From Bacillales bacterium UBA7581 (GTDB lineage: Bacteria; Bacillota_I; Bacilli_A; RFN20; CAG-826): 64,000 nt of DNA. Shown here piece after piece: positions 62,932-64,000 of the stretch. Position numbers and translations under genes: made by a program. The stretch spans positions 2,126 through 66,125 of the forward strand of contig DLKT01000045.1 in the NCBI GenBank assembly GCA_002477825.1. Reading direction: 5' to 3'. The first letter of the stretch is position 1; each line of letters begins with the position of its first letter. The notes under the pieces are model-generated. The model ran no database searches and had not been told where the DNA came from. It was given only the letters and a program-made list of their open reading frames with translations.

Positions 62932-64000
62932 ATGAAACACCTTTTATATTAAAAACATATTTTCCTTTCCCATGATTAGAGATAGGAACAATCACTTTTA
63001 GTTCCAACAATCTAGAAATAAGCTTAGAAGCTCCTGATGGTGACATTTTTAAAATATTCATAATTTCATTTCTTCCAAAATACTCTTTTTTGAAAAGCTT
63101 GTCGTATAAAGAGAGAATATTTTTTCTTAACGTGGCTGTTAATTCTAAAGAACCAATGTCCACTTTTTCAGTTCCAATATCCACTTTTTCAATTCCAATG
63201 TCCACTTTTTCACGCAAACTAATATGCAAGTATCTATTTTTTAAGTCGTTATTCTCTTTTAATATTAGATTTCTCAAAAATAGTTCTAGATACTCTGTAG
63301 TTTCATAAATTCCTTTTTCAACATTCGCATAATTTGCTCTTACAAGAGCATTTCTAAAATACCAAGCATTTTTGGCAAAAATATCATTAGTTACATCGAA
63401 GCCAAATTTTCTTAAATATTGAATCAAAAATACGGCTGTTGTTCTTGTATTTCCTTCTGGAAAAACATGAATTTGCCACAGATCTGCTATAAATCTAGCC
63501 ATATGATGAATAAATTCATTGGTATTTAATTTACTATAATCGAATGATTTTTCAACATTAAAATCATATTCAAGAGTTTCATTAAGTGATGAAGCACTTC
63601 CATATAATACCGTATCTCCATTCAAAACCCATTCTTTTTTTGTAATATTGTAAGTTCTAATTTCTCCAGCATGATCAAAAACATTTGAAAATAATCTTCT
63701 ATGAATTTCTAAGTATTGAGCAGGAGAAAAATTAAAAGTTTTTTCAGATAATATTTTAGCGATATTTATTGAGACCTTATCCGCCTCTTCAGTAAGTGAA
63801 GAATGATCTTCATTCTCAATATAATATGATCTTATTAATTCTTCTGCTTTTTCAAAAGAAATATCACCTTCAATATTATCTATTGCCACACGTTTTAAAT
63901 AATCAGACGTTTCTAATCCATCGACCTTTTGTAATCCTATAGCGGTATACCATGAATAACCGAGTTCTTTTTTCGTTGGATTAGATTCTATTATATATTC
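62924..64000 (-). CDS. Fic (Fido) domain protein with C-terminal winged-HTH; N-terminus runs off the window end
   Basis: Fic motif region HVFPEGNTRTTAV and C-terminal wHTH (ILKMSPSGASKLISRLLELKVIV). The frame stays open upstream of the track GTG (63889) to position 64000 (EYIIESNPTKKELGYSWYTAIGLQKVDGLETSDYLKR). Confidence 0.8.
   Translation of the reverse strand, partial: EYIIESNPTKKELGYSWYTAIGLQKVDGLETSDYLKRVAIDNIEGDISFEKAEELIRSYYIENEDHSSLTEEADKVSINIAKILSEKTFNFSPAQYLEIHRRLFSNVFDHAGEIRTYNITKKEWVLNGDTVLYGSASSLNETLEYDFNVEKSFDYSKLNTNEFIHHMARFIADLWQIHVFPEGNTRTTAVFLIQYLRKFGFDVTNDIFAKNAWYFRNALVRANYANVEKGIYETTEYLELFLRNLILKENNDLKNRYLHISLREKVDIGIEKVDIGTEKVDIGSLELTATLRKNILSLYDKLFKKEYFGRNEIMNILKMSPSGASKLISRLLELKVIVPISNHGKGKYVFNIKGVSYE
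63153..63215 (-). repeat. 3 x 21-bp in-frame tandem repeat within the Fic gene
   Basis: CCAATGTCCACTTTTTCAGTT / CCAATATCCACTTTTTCAATT / CCAATGTCCACTTTTTCACGC on the plus strand. Encodes EKVDIG(I/T/S) three times. Confidence 0.9.

Noticed and set aside
63153-63215. CRISPR-like repeat array
   Set aside because: There are only three contiguous 21-bp units with no spacers. They are in frame inside the Fic CDS, and no cas genes are present in the window.

Overview
AT-rich (about one-third G+C by eye) chromosomal segment of a low-GC Gram-positive bacterium (Bacillota). The gene content (YhaM, RecX, CdaA, DegV, a LysM-GH18 YaaH-like protein, Lgt and many SC-lipobox lipoproteins) fits an Erysipelotrichia/Clostridia-like lineage, but I cannot resolve this further. 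ORFs are long under the standard bacterial code. I support about 60 CDS, mostly on the minus strand and mostly housekeeping: yhaM-recX, cysK-cysE, a tandem CNNM/CorC pair, nrdDG, tdk, gltX, pncA and pncB, deoD, a ddl/MurF-like operon, cdaA, lgt, two P-type ATPases, an ECF-type sigma/anti-sigma pair, DUF1700/DUF4097, csoR-copA, a MarR-controlled heterodimeric ABC exporter, degV, an MFS transporter, add, tag-ogt and an AEC transporter. There are three solitary tRNAs: Glu-CUC, Gly-GCC and Gln-CUG. I saw no rRNA, CRISPR array, transposase, integrase or phage genes. Best leads: (1) a candidate yybP-ykoY Mn2+ riboswitch with a terminator ahead of the Ca-type P-type ATPase; (2) a MurF-like ligase whose N-domain is replaced by five TM helices, in an operon with ddl; (3) at the right edge, a Fic gene with a non-canonical motif and 21-bp in-frame repeats, translationally coupled to an XRE-HTH::Vat acetyltransferase fusion; (4) gltX followed by a hairpin and its cognate tRNA-Glu(CUC); (5) a small membrane-protein gene split at an A AAA AAA slippery run; (6) a divergent four-gene lipoprotein locus with a perfect 18-bp palindrome in its control region. 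All functions are inferred from motifs I recognise in the translations. No database search was run.
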